Shown: piece by piece, positions 45,601 to 59,000 of the stretch | Numbering within the stretch: position 1 is the first letter of the stretch | Layout of the letters: every line of letters starts with the position of its first letter | NCBI GenBank assembly: GCA_010909165.1 | Contig: MU008220.1 | Location: 1 to 64,000 of the forward strand | DNA from: Anthoceros angustus | Lineage: Eukaryota; Plantae; Anthocerotophyta | DNA: 64,000 bases | Direction: 5' to 3' | Notes under the pieces: model-generated | Seen by the model: the letters and a program-made list of their open reading frames with translations, nothing else | What the model was told of the DNA's origin: nothing | Databases searched by the model: none | Translations under genes and position numbers: made by a program

Positions 45601-48600
45601 ACAACTTCGCCTTCTAAACGGCAAGGCGCCTCTACTCACTCCTCTTACAAAGAATGCACCACTCAATCGCTCAAAAATCACCAACTCGACCTACAACGAC
45701 ACAACACAATTGGTGCCCCGCCTTAGCAATGAGGAGCCTATCACGCGCCAGGACCCCCGATCCACACCGCGATTTCGTCCCTACTTAAGACCACTTCTCC
45801 ACTCGTGGAGCGCCTTTACTTGCAGATTTGGGATTCGCCCCTTAGGCTCGCCTGTGGCCTTCCACTAACACCTACACCTCTAATCCTCTACTCATCTTCT
45901 CATCCTCTTCCTCCTATTCTAACCTCGGTTCGCTTTCATCGGCTGACCGCCTTACGGCACAACCGCCTGGGGTCCGCCTCCACCAAAGAAGTTCTTCCTT
46001 GGGCCGGCTATGAGTTTGACACTGACAATGAGAACCTCCAGTGGAGTCTTTCCTGTAGTCTACCCTCAAGCCGAGAGTTCCCCGGCATTGCCACACACCC
46101 AAAGCAAAGCAATTTCACAAAGAACCATTCACAAGGGGAGCAACTCGCTTAGGCACTTGCATGAGCAAGTCCTCCACCAAGCACTCCGACCACCGCGACT
46201 TCCTCTCTACCAGACGTTGGCTCACAAATGCAGACGAAATTCCTCAGAATGGCAAAGGACTCATGAGTATGGAAGCGCAAGACATGATACTTTACTTTGT
46301 GAAATCCTCCTCCTCTTATAGGAGGCCTTCCACATACAACCTCCCTTAGGTGACCCTACCGCAGGTCACCTTTTCCAATTTTCTATTATTTCCTACCGCC
46401 AGATTTAATGCCCGCACCTAAGTCTATTGTCCGATCCTTGGTAAATTCTATTCTAGTAACTTCACCTAAATCTATCCTTAAAGGATGTCAGGTTACATCA
46501 CCGTCCTTCCTATTCTTCTATCTAGCATTTATGGTCTTTGACCATATCTAGTCTTCACTCACTGGGACAGGGACGCGTCTGTGTGGATTGGCCTCGCCTC
46601 CTTTTGCTCTTGCCCCTTCCACCTTTGTCATCTTCCTAATGTGTGGGGCAAGTACAATCTTGCCCCTTCCTCCATCTCTGGGCGGCGCCTGATTCCTCTG
46701 TCCTGAATCGGCCCCACCTCAGGGCCTTCTTCTCCGCCTCCGCCGGGTCGCGCCTGCTATCAAGACCTACCGCTGTAGTCCGGACAATCGGTAGGTCACT
46801 ACCTACCATGGTAGTCCGACCCTTTCTCCTTCCTTCTCCATCGGTGAGGACTTCGGGTCAAGATCTCCATTGCTCTTTGCCTTCGCTTGATTTGTCCATA
46901 CCTATCATAGAGCATCTTAAAAGAGTCTTCATCCCCATTTGCCACCATGTTCCTTTCTAATCCCTTCCGGCCTTTTCGCCGGCCCTCTCCGGCTCGCCTC
47001 CTTGCTCGTGGGGAGGGAACTTCTCACCCCCTTCTTCCTTGACGGGTCGGACCCGCCTGTTTCTCTCCGTGGGTTGTTTCTCCACCTCCCGCCTCGAGGG
47101 TATACTACCCCGGCTTCACAGCCTCCCCGCCGACTCTCAAGCCTCAAGGCATGCAGCACCCTGTAGTCTACCCTCAAGCCGAGAGTTCCTCGGCATTGCC
47201 ACACACCCAAAGCAAAGCAATTTCACAAAGAACCATTCACAAGGGGAGCAACTGCTTAGGCACTTGCAGAGCAAGTCCTCCACCAAGCACTCCGACCACC
47301 GCGACTTCCTCTCTACTGACATTGGCTCACAGACGAAATTCCTCAATGGCAAAGGACTCGATGAGTGTGGAAGCGCAAGACATGATACTTTACTTTGTGA
47401 AATCCTCCTCCTCTTATAGGAGGCCTTCCACATACAACCTCCCTCGGGTGACCCTGCTGCAGGTCACCTTTTCCCAATAATCTATTATTTCCTACTGCCA
47501 GCATTTAAGGCCTGGCACCTAAGTCTATTGTCCGATCCTTGGTAAATTCTATTCTAGTAACTTCACCTAAGTCTATCCTTGAAGGATGTCAGGTTACATC
47601 ACCTGTTCTTTCTATTCTTCTATCTAGCATTTATGGTCTTTGACCATATCTAGTCTTCACCCTGCTGGGACAGGGACGCGTCCGTTGTGGATTGGCTCCC
47701 TCGCCCTCCTTTTGCTCTTGCCCCTTCCCAGCCTTTGTCATCTTCCTAATGTGTGGGGCAAGTACAATCTTGCCCCTTCCTCCATCTCTGGGCGGCGCCT
47801 GATTCCTCGTCCTCCAAAGAATCGCCTTCTCCACCTCCTTCCTTCTCCGCCTCCGCCTCCGCCTCCACCAAGCACTCCGACCACCGCTGTAGTCCGGACA
47901 ATCGGTAGGTCACTACCTACCATGGTAGTCCGACCCTTTCTCCTTCCTTCTCCATCGGTGAGGACTTCGGTCAAGATCTCCATTGCTCTTTGCCTTCGCT
48001 TGATTTGTCCATACCTATCATAGAGCATCTTAAAAGAGTCTTCATCCCCATTTGCCACCATGTTCCTTTCTAATCCTTCCGGCCTTTCTCCGCCTCCGCC
48101 TCCGCCTCCGCCCTCCTTGCTCGTGGGGAGGGAACTTCTCACCCCCTTCTTCCTTGACGGGTCGGACCCGCCTGTTTCTCTCCGTGGGTTGTTTCTCCCA
48201 CCTTCACATGGAGGGTCACATTCTCCTCCCTCTAGGACCTTCTCCGCCTCCGCCTCCGCCTCCGCCTCCACCAAGCACTCCGACCACCGCTGTAGTCCGC
48301 AGACTATCGGTAGGTCGACTACCTACCATGGTAGTCTCGATTCTCCTTCCTTCTCCATCGGTGAGGACTTCGGTCAAGATCTCCATTGCTCTTTCCTCGC
48401 TTGATTTGTCCATACCTCATAGAGCATCTTAAAAGAGTCTTCATCCCCATTTGCCACCATGTTCCTCTAATCCTTCGGCCTTTTGCGGCCTCTCTCCGCC
48501 TGCCCTTCCCTTGCTCGTGGGGTGAGGGAACTTCACCCCCTTCTTCCTTGACGGGTCGGACCCTGCCCCTTTCTCCGGTGTTGTCTCCACCTCCTTCCCT

Positions 48601-50107
48601 CCCAGGTGTGTCACAGCCCCGGCTTCTTCTCCGCCTCCGCCTCCTTCCAAGAGCCTCCTCCCTCTAGGACCTTCTCCTTCCTTCCCTACCGCTGTAGTCC
48701 GCATCACCCAGGGTTGAGTTGTCACCACGGTAGTCCGGGCATCACTGGTAGGTGGTCACCCACCATGGTAGGTGACCGTGAGGGCGGGCCCTCCTGCTCC
48801 TCACGCCATCCGCCTCCGCCTCCCGGGGCTGCCCTTCTCCACCTCCGACTCCCTGTGACCCTGAGTCCATGTCACTTGTAGCCTCATCAAAGTCGAGGCC
48901 TCACCGCACTTGCTGCGCCTCCGGCCATCATCATGAGGACCTATTGTCCTCCTCTTGGCCAACCGTAAGACTTCGTTGTTGGCCTTCAAAATCCTTGTGG
49001 AGGTGAGCCCCAAGCTATGATATTGCATTTGGAGATCATCAACTCCGTGGCCACTCTCCATCCTCACACCTACCTTGTAGGCCCCATGTGGTCAATTCTC
49101 CCACCTTGACATGGAGGGTCACATTCTCCTCCTTCCTTACCGGGTTGGCCATCGCTGCTGAGGCATAGTCCCAAAATCTTCGCTTTCCTTACTACCAAGA
49201 TCCTCTCCTCTCCTCCTCCGCCTCCACCAAGCACTCTTTTCGCTCCAACTCTTGCCTTAGGTCTTGAGCCCACTCAGCGCCTCTCCATTGTACCGGTCCG
49301 CAATTTTTCCTTTATGTCCGGATTTTGATGGCTTGGGTAGCCATCACCGCTCTTGCTCTAATTGGGCAAAGTGCCTCCGCCTCCGCCTCCGCCTGGTCGC
49401 TCCTATCAAGACATCATGTAGTCCGGCAGACATGGTAGGCCGACTACCTACCATGGTAGTCCGACCTTTCTCCTTCCTTCTCCATCGGTGAGGACTTCGG
49501 TCAAGATCTCCTTGCTCTTTGCCTCGCTTGATTTGTCCATACCTACCATAGAGCATCTTAAAAGAGTCTTCATCCCCATTTGCCACCATGGTTCCCTTCT
49601 AATCTTCGGCCTTTTCATGCCGGCCCCCTTCCGCCTGGCCCTTCCTTGCTCGTGGGGAGGGAACTTCTCACCCCCTTCTTCCTTGACGGGTCGGACCCGT
49701 CCTCGTTTCTCTCCGGTTGTTCCCACCTCTTCTTGATTCCTCGCAGGGTGTGTCACAGCCCCGGCTTCTTCTCCGCCTCCGCCTCGCCTCCTTCCCTTGC
49801 TCGTGGGGAGGGAACTTCTCACCCCTAGTCCGCGCATCTGGCCAGCTCCACTAGTGCACTACTGCGGGTAGGCTGGTCACCCACCATGGTAGGTGACCCC
49901 TGGGAGGCGTGGCTCCCTCCTGCTCCTCACGCCATCCTTCGCCCCGCGCCGCTGCCTCTTCTCCACCTCCGACTCCCTGACCCTGAGTCCATGTCACTTG
50001 TAGCCTCATCAAAGTCGAGGCCTCACCGCACTTGCGCAGCCTTCCGCCATCATCATGAGGACCTATTGTCCTCCTCTTGGCCAACCGTAAGACTTCATTG
50101 TTGGCCT

Positions 50108-50917
50108 TCAAAATCCTTGTGGAGGTGAGCCCCAAGCTATGATATTGCATTTGAGATCATCAACTGGGCCACTCTCCATCCTCACACCTACCTTGTAGGC
50201 CCTCATGGTGGTCAATTCTCCCACCTTCACATGGAGGGTCACATTCTCCTCCCTCACTTCTTTTAGCTGGTTGGCCATCGTTGCCTGGAGGGCATAGTCT
50301 GCCCAAAATCTTCGTTTCCTTACTACCAGCATCCTCTCCCTCTCCTCCCAAGCACTCTTTTCGCGCTCCAACTCTTGCAGTCTTAGGTCTTGAGCCTCCA
50401 GCTCCGAGCGCCTCTCTTCCAGATTGTACCGGGTCCGCCGCAATTCTTCTGTCATGTCCCGGATTTTGATGGCTTGGGTAGCCATCACCTGCTCTTGCGC
50501 GTCCAATTGCTGGACCGCTACCTTCTCCCTTCCAAGAGCCTCCGTTTTGCCCTTTCGCTCTTGCTCTAATTGGGCAAAGTGCTCCTCCGCCTTCTGCCTC
50601 CACGAATCCCGTTGGGTTGTTGCCCGAATGGCTCTCTCCTCAGTCTGCGACAACCTCCCCTCTAGGACCTTCTCCGCTCTCCGCTGGTCCACGAGATCCC
50701 GCTGGAGCTTCTCCACAGTCTTCTCCAGTTTGGCTGCTTTCTCGTCGGACTCCATGGCCTCCAATTGCCATTTAGTCCCTGCCTTCCTTCCGGCCATGTC
50801 TTGGGCTTTCGCTTCTTCTCGGCATGCCCACAAGGAGGCTGCTAGCTCCCTAGCCCCCTTCAAATCCACATGGCTGAGTGCTTCACAAGCACTCAGCAAG
50901 TCTCCTAAGGGCCCCAC
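50108..50917 (-). CDS. Coiled-coil protein of unknown function (TE-associated), 269-aa open segment
   Basis: Long E/K/R/Q/A/L-rich heptad-like ORF. Partial copies at 48800-49400 and 49850-50150, and a diverged homolog at 43229-43570 (+). The true start is uncertain. Confidence 0.45.
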   Translation of the reverse strand: MGPLGDLLSACEALSHVDLKGARELAASLWACREEAKAQDMAGRKAGTKWQLEAMESDEKAAKLEKTVEKLQRDLVDQRRAEKVLEGRLSQTEERAIRATTQRDSWRQKAEEHFAQLEQERKGKTEALGREKVAVQQLDAQEQVMATQAIKIRDMTEELRRTRYNLEERRSELEAQDLRLQELEREKSAWEERERMLVVRKRRFWADYALQATMANQLKEVREENVTLHVKVGELTTMRAYKVGVRMESGPVDDLKCNIIAWGSPPQGF

Positions 50918-52025
50918 CGCCGCTCCTTCTTTGGAAATCTCCAGCTCCCTTGCACTCAGACCCCACCATGGCGGCGGGTCCCTTCACGCCGCCCCATCCG
51001 CTCTCCTCTCTCTAGCGGTGATGGCGGCCTAGGTGCCACCTGGCCTCAGCCTTTTTTCCTTCCCTACCGCCGAGAACGCCTCACGCGTTTACGCCTCCGC
51101 TGTTGCTCCCCATGATGCTGTCAGAAGACCACATATACACTAACCCCTCTCAAGTGTCGATGAACGATTTTTTTGTTTTGGGAGTGTTTGTATAGCAAAG
51201 TGCTTTGAGAATCGCCTGGTAAGGTCTTTTATCTGAGAATGGTCCTTGGCCCTTGGGATAATAATTTTCTTTTTTGAACCTTAGGTTTTCGACCCGGATA
51301 GGTAGGTCGAGATAGAATCCTTAGGTTTTGGTGATTTTAGAAATAAGAAAGTGTCTATATATGTTAGGGTGCCTACACCGCGAGCGATCAAGCGGGAGGT
51401 AGCCAGTTCCACCACGGTGGCGAAGCAGGACGTCTGAGACGAGGAGTTTACAACCCTAGTGGCGGAGGCGGGCGCAGGGCAGTCGGGCGCAAGGCGAGAC
51501 GGACACCCGGTCGCTGATTCGGGCCAGGCCGGAGGCGGAGCTGCAGCATGGCAGCGCGCTCTAAGCGCTGGCGGAGTCTCTGTTTATGCGGGTTGGACGG
51601 CGTGAGTCGGCAGGCGGCTGGCGGAGGAAGAAAGTGGCGTAGCGAAGGAGGAAAAGAGACGCTGAGGCAAGAGCGCCCGGTATGAGGCAAGTGGAGGAGA
51701 CGCGAGGGTGGTGTCCCTTTTCGACCAGCGTTTGCGGAGGTCGGGTTCTTTTCAGAAACAAGGAGAAAGGAGATGGCGCCCGGCTGCGAAATTCCACCAT
51801 GCGGTGGCCCAACATGGACCCTTTGGAAGGTGAGAGGCGACTGGTGCAGTGGAGTCTGGAATTTATGGAGATGAAATGGTGTTCTGATCGGCATTGGTGC
51901 AAGAGTGCGCCCGCAATTGAGAACCAAGTTGCAAGAGGGAGACGCGAGGAAGAGGCCGCAAACTGGATTTGGGACTCTTTTCGAAAAGGTATGGGCGAGA
52001 AGCATCGAGGATGGAAGCTTGGTAA

Positions 52026-53037
52026 TTGACCCCAGAAAGAAGACCCCGAGCCGCAGCAGGGCGCGATGCAACCGCGCTGAGTCTCGCTACTGCAGTTGGA
52101 CGACGCTGCCGGGCCGGCGCACGGCGGCGAGGAAGGAAAGCAAAGGGGCGGCGAAGGAGGAAAAGAGCTGAGGCAAGAGCGCCAGCAAGAAAGGCAAGTG
52201 GAGGAGACGCGAGGGTGGTGTCCCTTTTCTCACCAGCGCAGGAGGGTCCCTTTTCTCAAGAAACAAGGAGAAAGGAGATGGCGCCCGAGGGCCGAAATTA
52301 CTCATGCAAAGGCCCAACATGGACCATCGGAAGGTGAGAGCGGGCACTGCAGGAGCTGGTCCGGAATTTATGGAGAAGAAATGGTGTTACGATACCAAAG
52401 ATTGGTGCAAGAGTGCGCCTAAATTGAGAACCAAGTTGCAAGAGGGAGACGCGAGGAAGAGGCCGCAAACTGGATTTGGGACTCTTTCGAAAAGGTATGG
52501 GCGAGAAGCATCGAGGATGGAAGCTTGGTAATTGACCCCAGAAAGAAGACCCCGAGCCGCAGCAGGGCGCGATGCAACCGCGCTGAGTCTCGCTACTGCA
52601 GTTGGACGACGCTGCCGGGCCGGCGCACGGCGGCGAGGAAGGAAAGCAAAGGGGCGGCGAAGGAGGAAAAGAGCTGAGGCAAGAGCGCCAGCAAGAAAGG
52701 CAAGTGGAGGAGACGCGAGGGTGGTGTCCCTTTTCTCACCAGCGCAGGAGGGTCCCTTTTCTCAAGAAACAAGGAGAAAGGAGATGGCGCCCGAGGGCCG
52801 AAATTACTCATGCAAAGGCCCAACATGGACCATCGGAAGGTGAGAGCGGCACCGTGCAGGAGCTGGTCCGGAATTTATGGAGAAGAAATGGTGTTACGAT
52901 ACCAAAGATTGGTGCAAGAGTGCGCCTAAATTGAGAACCAAGTTGCAAGAGGGAGACGCGAGGAAGAGGCCGCAAACTGGATTTGGGACTCTTTCGAGCA
53001 GAAGGCGAGAAGCATCGAGGATGGAAGCTTGGTAATT
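52026..53037. repeat. 506-bp near-identical tandem duplication
   Basis: The ORF track shows identical 103-aa products at 52026 and 52532, and the sequence repeats with period 506. Confidence 0.92.
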
Positions 53038-56000
53038 GACCCCAGAAAGAAGACCCCGAGAGCCGCAATACCGCGCCATGAAGCCCGGAGAAGTGAGAGT
53101 GAACAATGGATGGGTGACTCGCCAACTCGTGTCTCACACCGTGGGATTAGCCAAGTGGATTTTGTGTTTCGCAATAAGTTGGATCATATGGCGCACTACT
53201 CGGTCTTTCTTCATGAGGTGGTTAAAGGTACACAATCGATTGGGGCGGATGATCTTTGAAAGAGCCTGTGAGGAGAGGGCGAATTTGTTTCCTTCCCTAC
53301 CGCTGGGTCGCTACTCACGGCCAGGTTGCCCGCCTCACCGCGGTAGGCACCTCCCCTACCGCGGTAGTCAGACCATATACACTAACCCCTCTCAAGTGTC
53401 GATGAACGATTTTTTTGTTTTGGAGTGTTTGTATAGCAAAGTGCTTTGAGAATCGCCTGGTAAGGTCTTTTATACGAATGGTCCTTGGCCCTTGGGATAA
53501 TAATTTTCTTTTTTGAACCTTAGGTTTTTCGACCCGGATAGGTAGGTCGAGATAGAGTCCTTGGGTTTTGGTGATTTTAGAAATAAGAAAGTGTCTATAT
53601 ATGTTAGGTGCCTACACCGCCAGCCTGCCGGGAGGTAGCCGCCCACCACGGTCAAGAACGGACGATGCACTGTGGGAGTTTACAACCCTAGTGGCGAGCG
53701 CCGCTGATGAGCGCAATCGAGACGGACACACCCAAAGACCGCGAGGTCGCGAATTCCGCCGTGGCGCCGAGCGAGCCGCAGAAGCCGGGCGCGATGCAAC
53801 CGCGCGGCGAGTCTCGCCACAGGCAGGACGACGCGCAGGCACGGCTGGCGTGGAGGAAGGAAACCAGCGCGGCAGCGAAGGAGGAAAAGAGCTGAGGCAA
53901 GAGCGCCAGAAGGGTGGAGGAGACGCGCGAGGGTGGTGTCCCTTTTCTCACCGGGCCAGGTGGAGGTTTCTCAAGAAACAAGGAGAAAGGGAGATGGCGC
54001 CCGAGCCGCGCCGAATTACTCGCGGGCCCAACATGGACCACTGGAAGGTGAGAGCGGCAGCCTGCGTGGAGCCGGGTCTGGAATTTATGGAGAAGAAATG
54101 GTGTTACGACCAAAGATTGGTGCAAGAGTGCGCCCGCAATTGAGAACCAAGTTGCAAGAGGGAGACGCGAGGAAGAGGCCGCAAACTGGATTTGGGACTC
54201 TTTCGAGCAAGGTATGGGCGAAGCATCGAGGATGGAAGCTTGGTAATTGACCCCAGAAAGAAGACCCCGAGAGCCGCAGCGCTGAAGCCCGGAGAAGTGA
54301 GAGTGAACAATGGATGGGTGACTCGCCAACTCGTGTCTGCGCACTGTGGGATTAGCCAAGTGGATTTTGTGTTTCGCAGAATCGGAAGTTGGATCATATG
54401 GCGCACTACTCTCGGTCTTTCTTCATGAGGTGGTTAAAGGTACACAATCGATTGGGGCGGATGATCTTTGAAAGAGCCTGTGAGGAGAGGCGAATTTGCT
54501 CTCCTTCCCTCGACCCTCCTTGATTTCACCTTTTCTAATTCATGTGTTCGCGATTCCGTGTCTAACTGAGTTGAAGTCGGTTCGCCTTCATAGCCGGAAA
54601 CCGCCGTGAACTCAAGGTAGAGGAGGAGGAGTGTAAGGAAGATTCCGGAAGGATTCCAGAATGGGAATGCGCCTCCTAGAAGATTCGGATGAAGGTGGGA
54701 GGTTTCCAAGGGCAAGAAGCGAGGGCGACGGCCGAACGGGTCAAGAAGGGAAGGACACAGAAGAGGAACCCACCACACCTAGGGTCACCAGTCGAAATCA
54801 GCAGGAACGCGAGTGAAGGAGGAGAAAATAAAAGGGAACGACAAGTTGTGCCCTCTCGTGCAGGAGTCGCCGCTAGGAGAGATTGGAGCGGATGAGGAAG
54901 TTGTGGCAAACCAACCCCTAGAAGAAGAGGGGTTAGTTTCGATAGCCAAGTCCGCGAGAGCTCTAACATTTTTGGCGACATTTCACCGACCGTCCATCAA
55001 GTGGAGACAGTGACACCACGGCGAGAATTGTTGTGGAAGGGAATGGGCACGGGCAAATTGAATCTGCAGCCACCCATGGCTCGACGCAGTGATCTCCTCG
55101 ACTGTGCCATGGCTCTCACCGGCCGAGTGTGCAGGCCAACAGAAAAGTTGCTCAAGGAGAAGTTGGAGAGCCCGAAGGCGAGAACAAGGTGGCGAGGAGC
55201 GCAGACGGAATGCGAGGCGGCCCTATGCAAGGCACTGTGAGCGCTAAAGGCCATGTCCACCCAACAGAGGCCTTAGTGAATCAGTCAAGGGGCGATGCCA
55301 CAATCGAGGAGCTTCAAGATGAGGTCTCATGAGCCTGTGAACAAATGGAAACAATGGCGCCCGAGAAATTCAAGAAGTCATGGAGATATAAGCGAGAGAG
55401 AGATGAAGCTAGGGCCGAGTCAAGAGAGAGGTGGCCAAACCAAGAAGGGCAGAGCCACAAGAACCGCAGAGCCGCCACTGGGGAAACTACCACCACGGTG
55501 GCTAAACCGCCACCGCCGAAGGAGGAACCGAGGTGGGGAAGTCACCGGCTGAGAGCCGCAATACCGCGCCATGAAGCCTCGGAGAAGTGAGAGTGAACAA
55601 TGGATGGGTGACTCGCCAACTCGTGTTCACTGGGATTAGCCAAGTGGATTTTGTGTTTCGCAATCGGAAGTTGATCATATGGCGCACTACTCGGTCTTTC
55701 TTCATGAGGTGGTTAAAGGTACAAATCGATTGGGGCGGATGATCTTGAAAGAGCCTGTGAGGAGAGGGCGAATTTGTTTCCCCTTCCCTCGACCTCCTTG
55801 ATTTCACCTTTTCTAATTCATGTGTTCGCGATTCCGTGTGTCTAACGGAGTTGGTTCCGCCTCTTCATAGCCGGAAACCGGTGAACTCAAGGTAGAGGAG
55901 GAGGAGTGTAAGGATTCCGGAAGGATTCCTGGGAATGCGCCTCCTAGAAGATCTGGATGAAGGTGGAGGTTTCCAAGGGCAAGAAGCGAGGGCGCGACGG

Positions 56001-59000
56001 CCGAACGGGTCAAGAAGGGAAGGATGACGCAAGAGGAACCCAGCCCACACCTAGGGTCACCAGGTCGAAATCGGCAGCAGGAACGCGAGTGAAGGAGGAG
56101 AAAATAAAAGGGAAACGACAAGTTGTGCCCCTCTCAGGTGCAGGGGAGGAGTCGCTGCCGCTAGGAGAGATTGGAGCGGATGAGGAAGTTGTGGCAAACC
56201 AACCCCTAGAAGAAGAGGGGTTAGTTTCGATAGCCAAGTCCGCGACGGAGCTCCGGAACATTTTTGGCGACATTTCACTGACCCGTCCGGCTGAAGTGGA
56301 GACAGGTGACACCGCTCGCGTGCGAGAATTGTTGTGGAAGGGAATGGGCACGGGGGCAGCCCAATTCGGGAACTGCAGCCCGACGCCATGGCTCGACGCA
56401 GTGATCTCCTCGACTGTGCCATGGCTCTCACCGGCCGAGTGTGCAGGCCAAGTGAAAAGTTGCTCAAGGAGAAGTTGGAGAGCCCGAAGGCGAGAACAAG
56501 GTGAGGAGCGCAGACGGAATGCGAGGCGGCCCTATGCAAGGCATGAGCAAGGGCCATGTCCACCCAACAGAGGCCTTAGTGAATCAGTCAAGGGGCGATG
56601 CCACAATCGAGGAGCTTCAAGATGAGGTCTCATGAGCCTGTGAACAAATGGAAACAATGGCGCCCGGAGAAATTCAAGAAGTCATGGAGAGATATAGCGA
56701 GAGAGATGAAGCTAGGGCCGAGTCAAGAGAGAGGTGGCCAAACCAAGAAGGGCAGAGCCACAAGAACCGCAGCCGGGCCACCACTGGGGAAACTACCACC
56801 ACGGTGGCTAAACCGCCACCGCCGAAGGAGGAACCGAGGTGGGGAAGTCACCGACGACCGCAGTGGGATACGATCCCCGAACCAAGGCAGCCTGTGATTG
56901 TCCACGGAGGAGAGGGTAAGAACCTCAGAGTCAAGAGCGACATCATAGGCCGAGGCGGATGAGGATGCTCATGTCCTCGGCTTCGCCGCATGGTGAGCGT
57001 GCTCACTCTAAATGTGTATGTGGTTGTTGGGACAGGAGGGGCGTAAACTATTGGTCGACATCTTGACCGCCACGCGCTACTGGTTCTTCCGAACGGGAGC
57101 GGGGCCTACCCCCAAGTGGTGATCGAGGAAATGAGCGAAGCCGCGTGGAGGAGGAGCACACGTGGCTGTCCAACATGAGGAGCGGAATAACAGCATAGGG
57201 CCTATAGACGACGACGCCCATGGAAGACGCCAAGAAACCGCAGCGTGATGCGAGGTGGAGGTTTTGGGGAGAATCGCCGGATCGAGGCGCAGGAGAGCGA
57301 GAGCGACGGAACCCCACCGGCCGGCTAGGCAAAGAATCATGACGCCGCCGATTTTAGGGAGCGCGACATCATAGGCCGAGGCTTTTTGGGGTAGGGGATA
57401 GGATGTTTTGAGGACCCGTGGAGAGTTTCGAATTGGTAGGAGCGCCGTGGTAGTGGGCCATATTTTCTAGACACCGTAGGAGTGAGTCGTGAAATCCACA
57501 ATGAATGTATAAGAGACCCTTGAGAGTCTCTCCAATGCATACGTGTGAACTTCCGTGTGTTGAAGCTATGCGCGAGGTTGATTGGAGACGCCCGATCAAG
57601 ATCAAACTCTGCTCGATGCACCGCCTCACAAGAAGGCCGGAAGATCCTCGGATGGTCGAGAGCGGAGTGGCCAAGCTCCACGCCTGGGTGACGAAGGCAC
57701 GCGCTACGAAAAGAGGTAGGAATTGCCGGAAGGCCGAGGCGGAACCGCCGAAGGCGATCGCCCAAGCACCGACCGGGTTTTTCCCGATCCTCTTCCCAAC
57801 CGCCGCCACTGTGTGTTTTATTCCAAGAGGGGTCTGTGGCCCAAGGAGGGGGTCCAAGGAGGGTCTGTGGTGGCCCAAGGAGGGTCTGTGGGGCCCAAGG
57901 AGGGTCTGTGAAGGAGGGTCTGGGGGAGAGAGTTCATTAGAAGAGAAAGGTTCTCAAGGGTAGATGAGTGCTACTGTGAGGGATTGTGAGAGTGTGAGGG
58001 AAAATCGAAATGCGAGGGGAGTGGAAGTGTGCGGAATCGCAGAAATTCCTAGAGGTAGAGTGAGGTGTATATAGGTGTCTGATGCCCATAGCCCCAAGGT
58101 CTGCGCCAGAAGCCGGTGACAAATAGACCCCGCGACAAAGCACACAGGGACCCGCTGGTGAACCGCCACGTGGCCGAGTCTACCACGGTGGTGGGTTTGG
58201 GGTAGGGATAGGATGTTTTGAGGACCCGTGGAGTTGTAGTTTCGAATTGGTAGGAGCGCCGTGGTAGTGGGCCATATTTTCTAGACACCGTAGGAGTGAG
58301 TCGTGGAACCACAACCGAATGTATAAGAGACCCTTGAGAGTCTCTCAATGCATACGTGTGAACTTCCGTGTTGAAGCTATGCGCGAGGTTGATTGGAGAC
58401 GCCCGATCAAGATCAAACTCTGCTCGATGCACCGCCTCACAAGAAGGCCGGAAGATCCTCGGATGGTCGAGAGCGTGGCCAAGCTCCACGCCTGGGTGAC
58501 GGCAGCCGGGCGCTACGAAAAGAGGTAGGAATTGCCGCTGAAGGCCGAGGCGGAATCCGGGCGATCGCCCAAGCACCGGGTTTTTCCCGATCCTCTTCCC
58601 AACCGCCACCAGCGTGTTTTATTCCAGAGGGTCTGTGGCCCAAGGAGGGTCTGTGGCCCAAGGAGGGTCTGTGGTGGCCCAAGGAGGGTCTGTGTGGCCC
58701 AAGGAGGGTCTGTGGCCCGTGAGGCGAGGGAGAGTTCATTAGAAGGGAAAGGTTCAAGGGTAGATGAGTGCTACTGTGAGGGATTGTGAGAGTGTGTGAG
58801 GGAAAATCGAAATGCGAGGGGAGTGGAAGTGCGGTGGAATCAGAAATTCCTAGAAGTGAGTGAGGTGTATATAGGTGTCTGATGCCCATAGCCCCAAGGT
58901 CTGCGCCAGGAAGCCGGTGACAAATAGACTCGACAAAGCGGCGCTGTGGTGGGGACCCGCCACGGGAACCGCCACGCGGTGGCCGAGTCTACCACGGTGG

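Noticed and set aside
47738-48432. Poly-Pro, poly-Gly and AEAEAE ORFs as extensin-like genes
   Set aside because: They are frame readouts of (GCCTCC)n microsatellite within duplicated TE modules.
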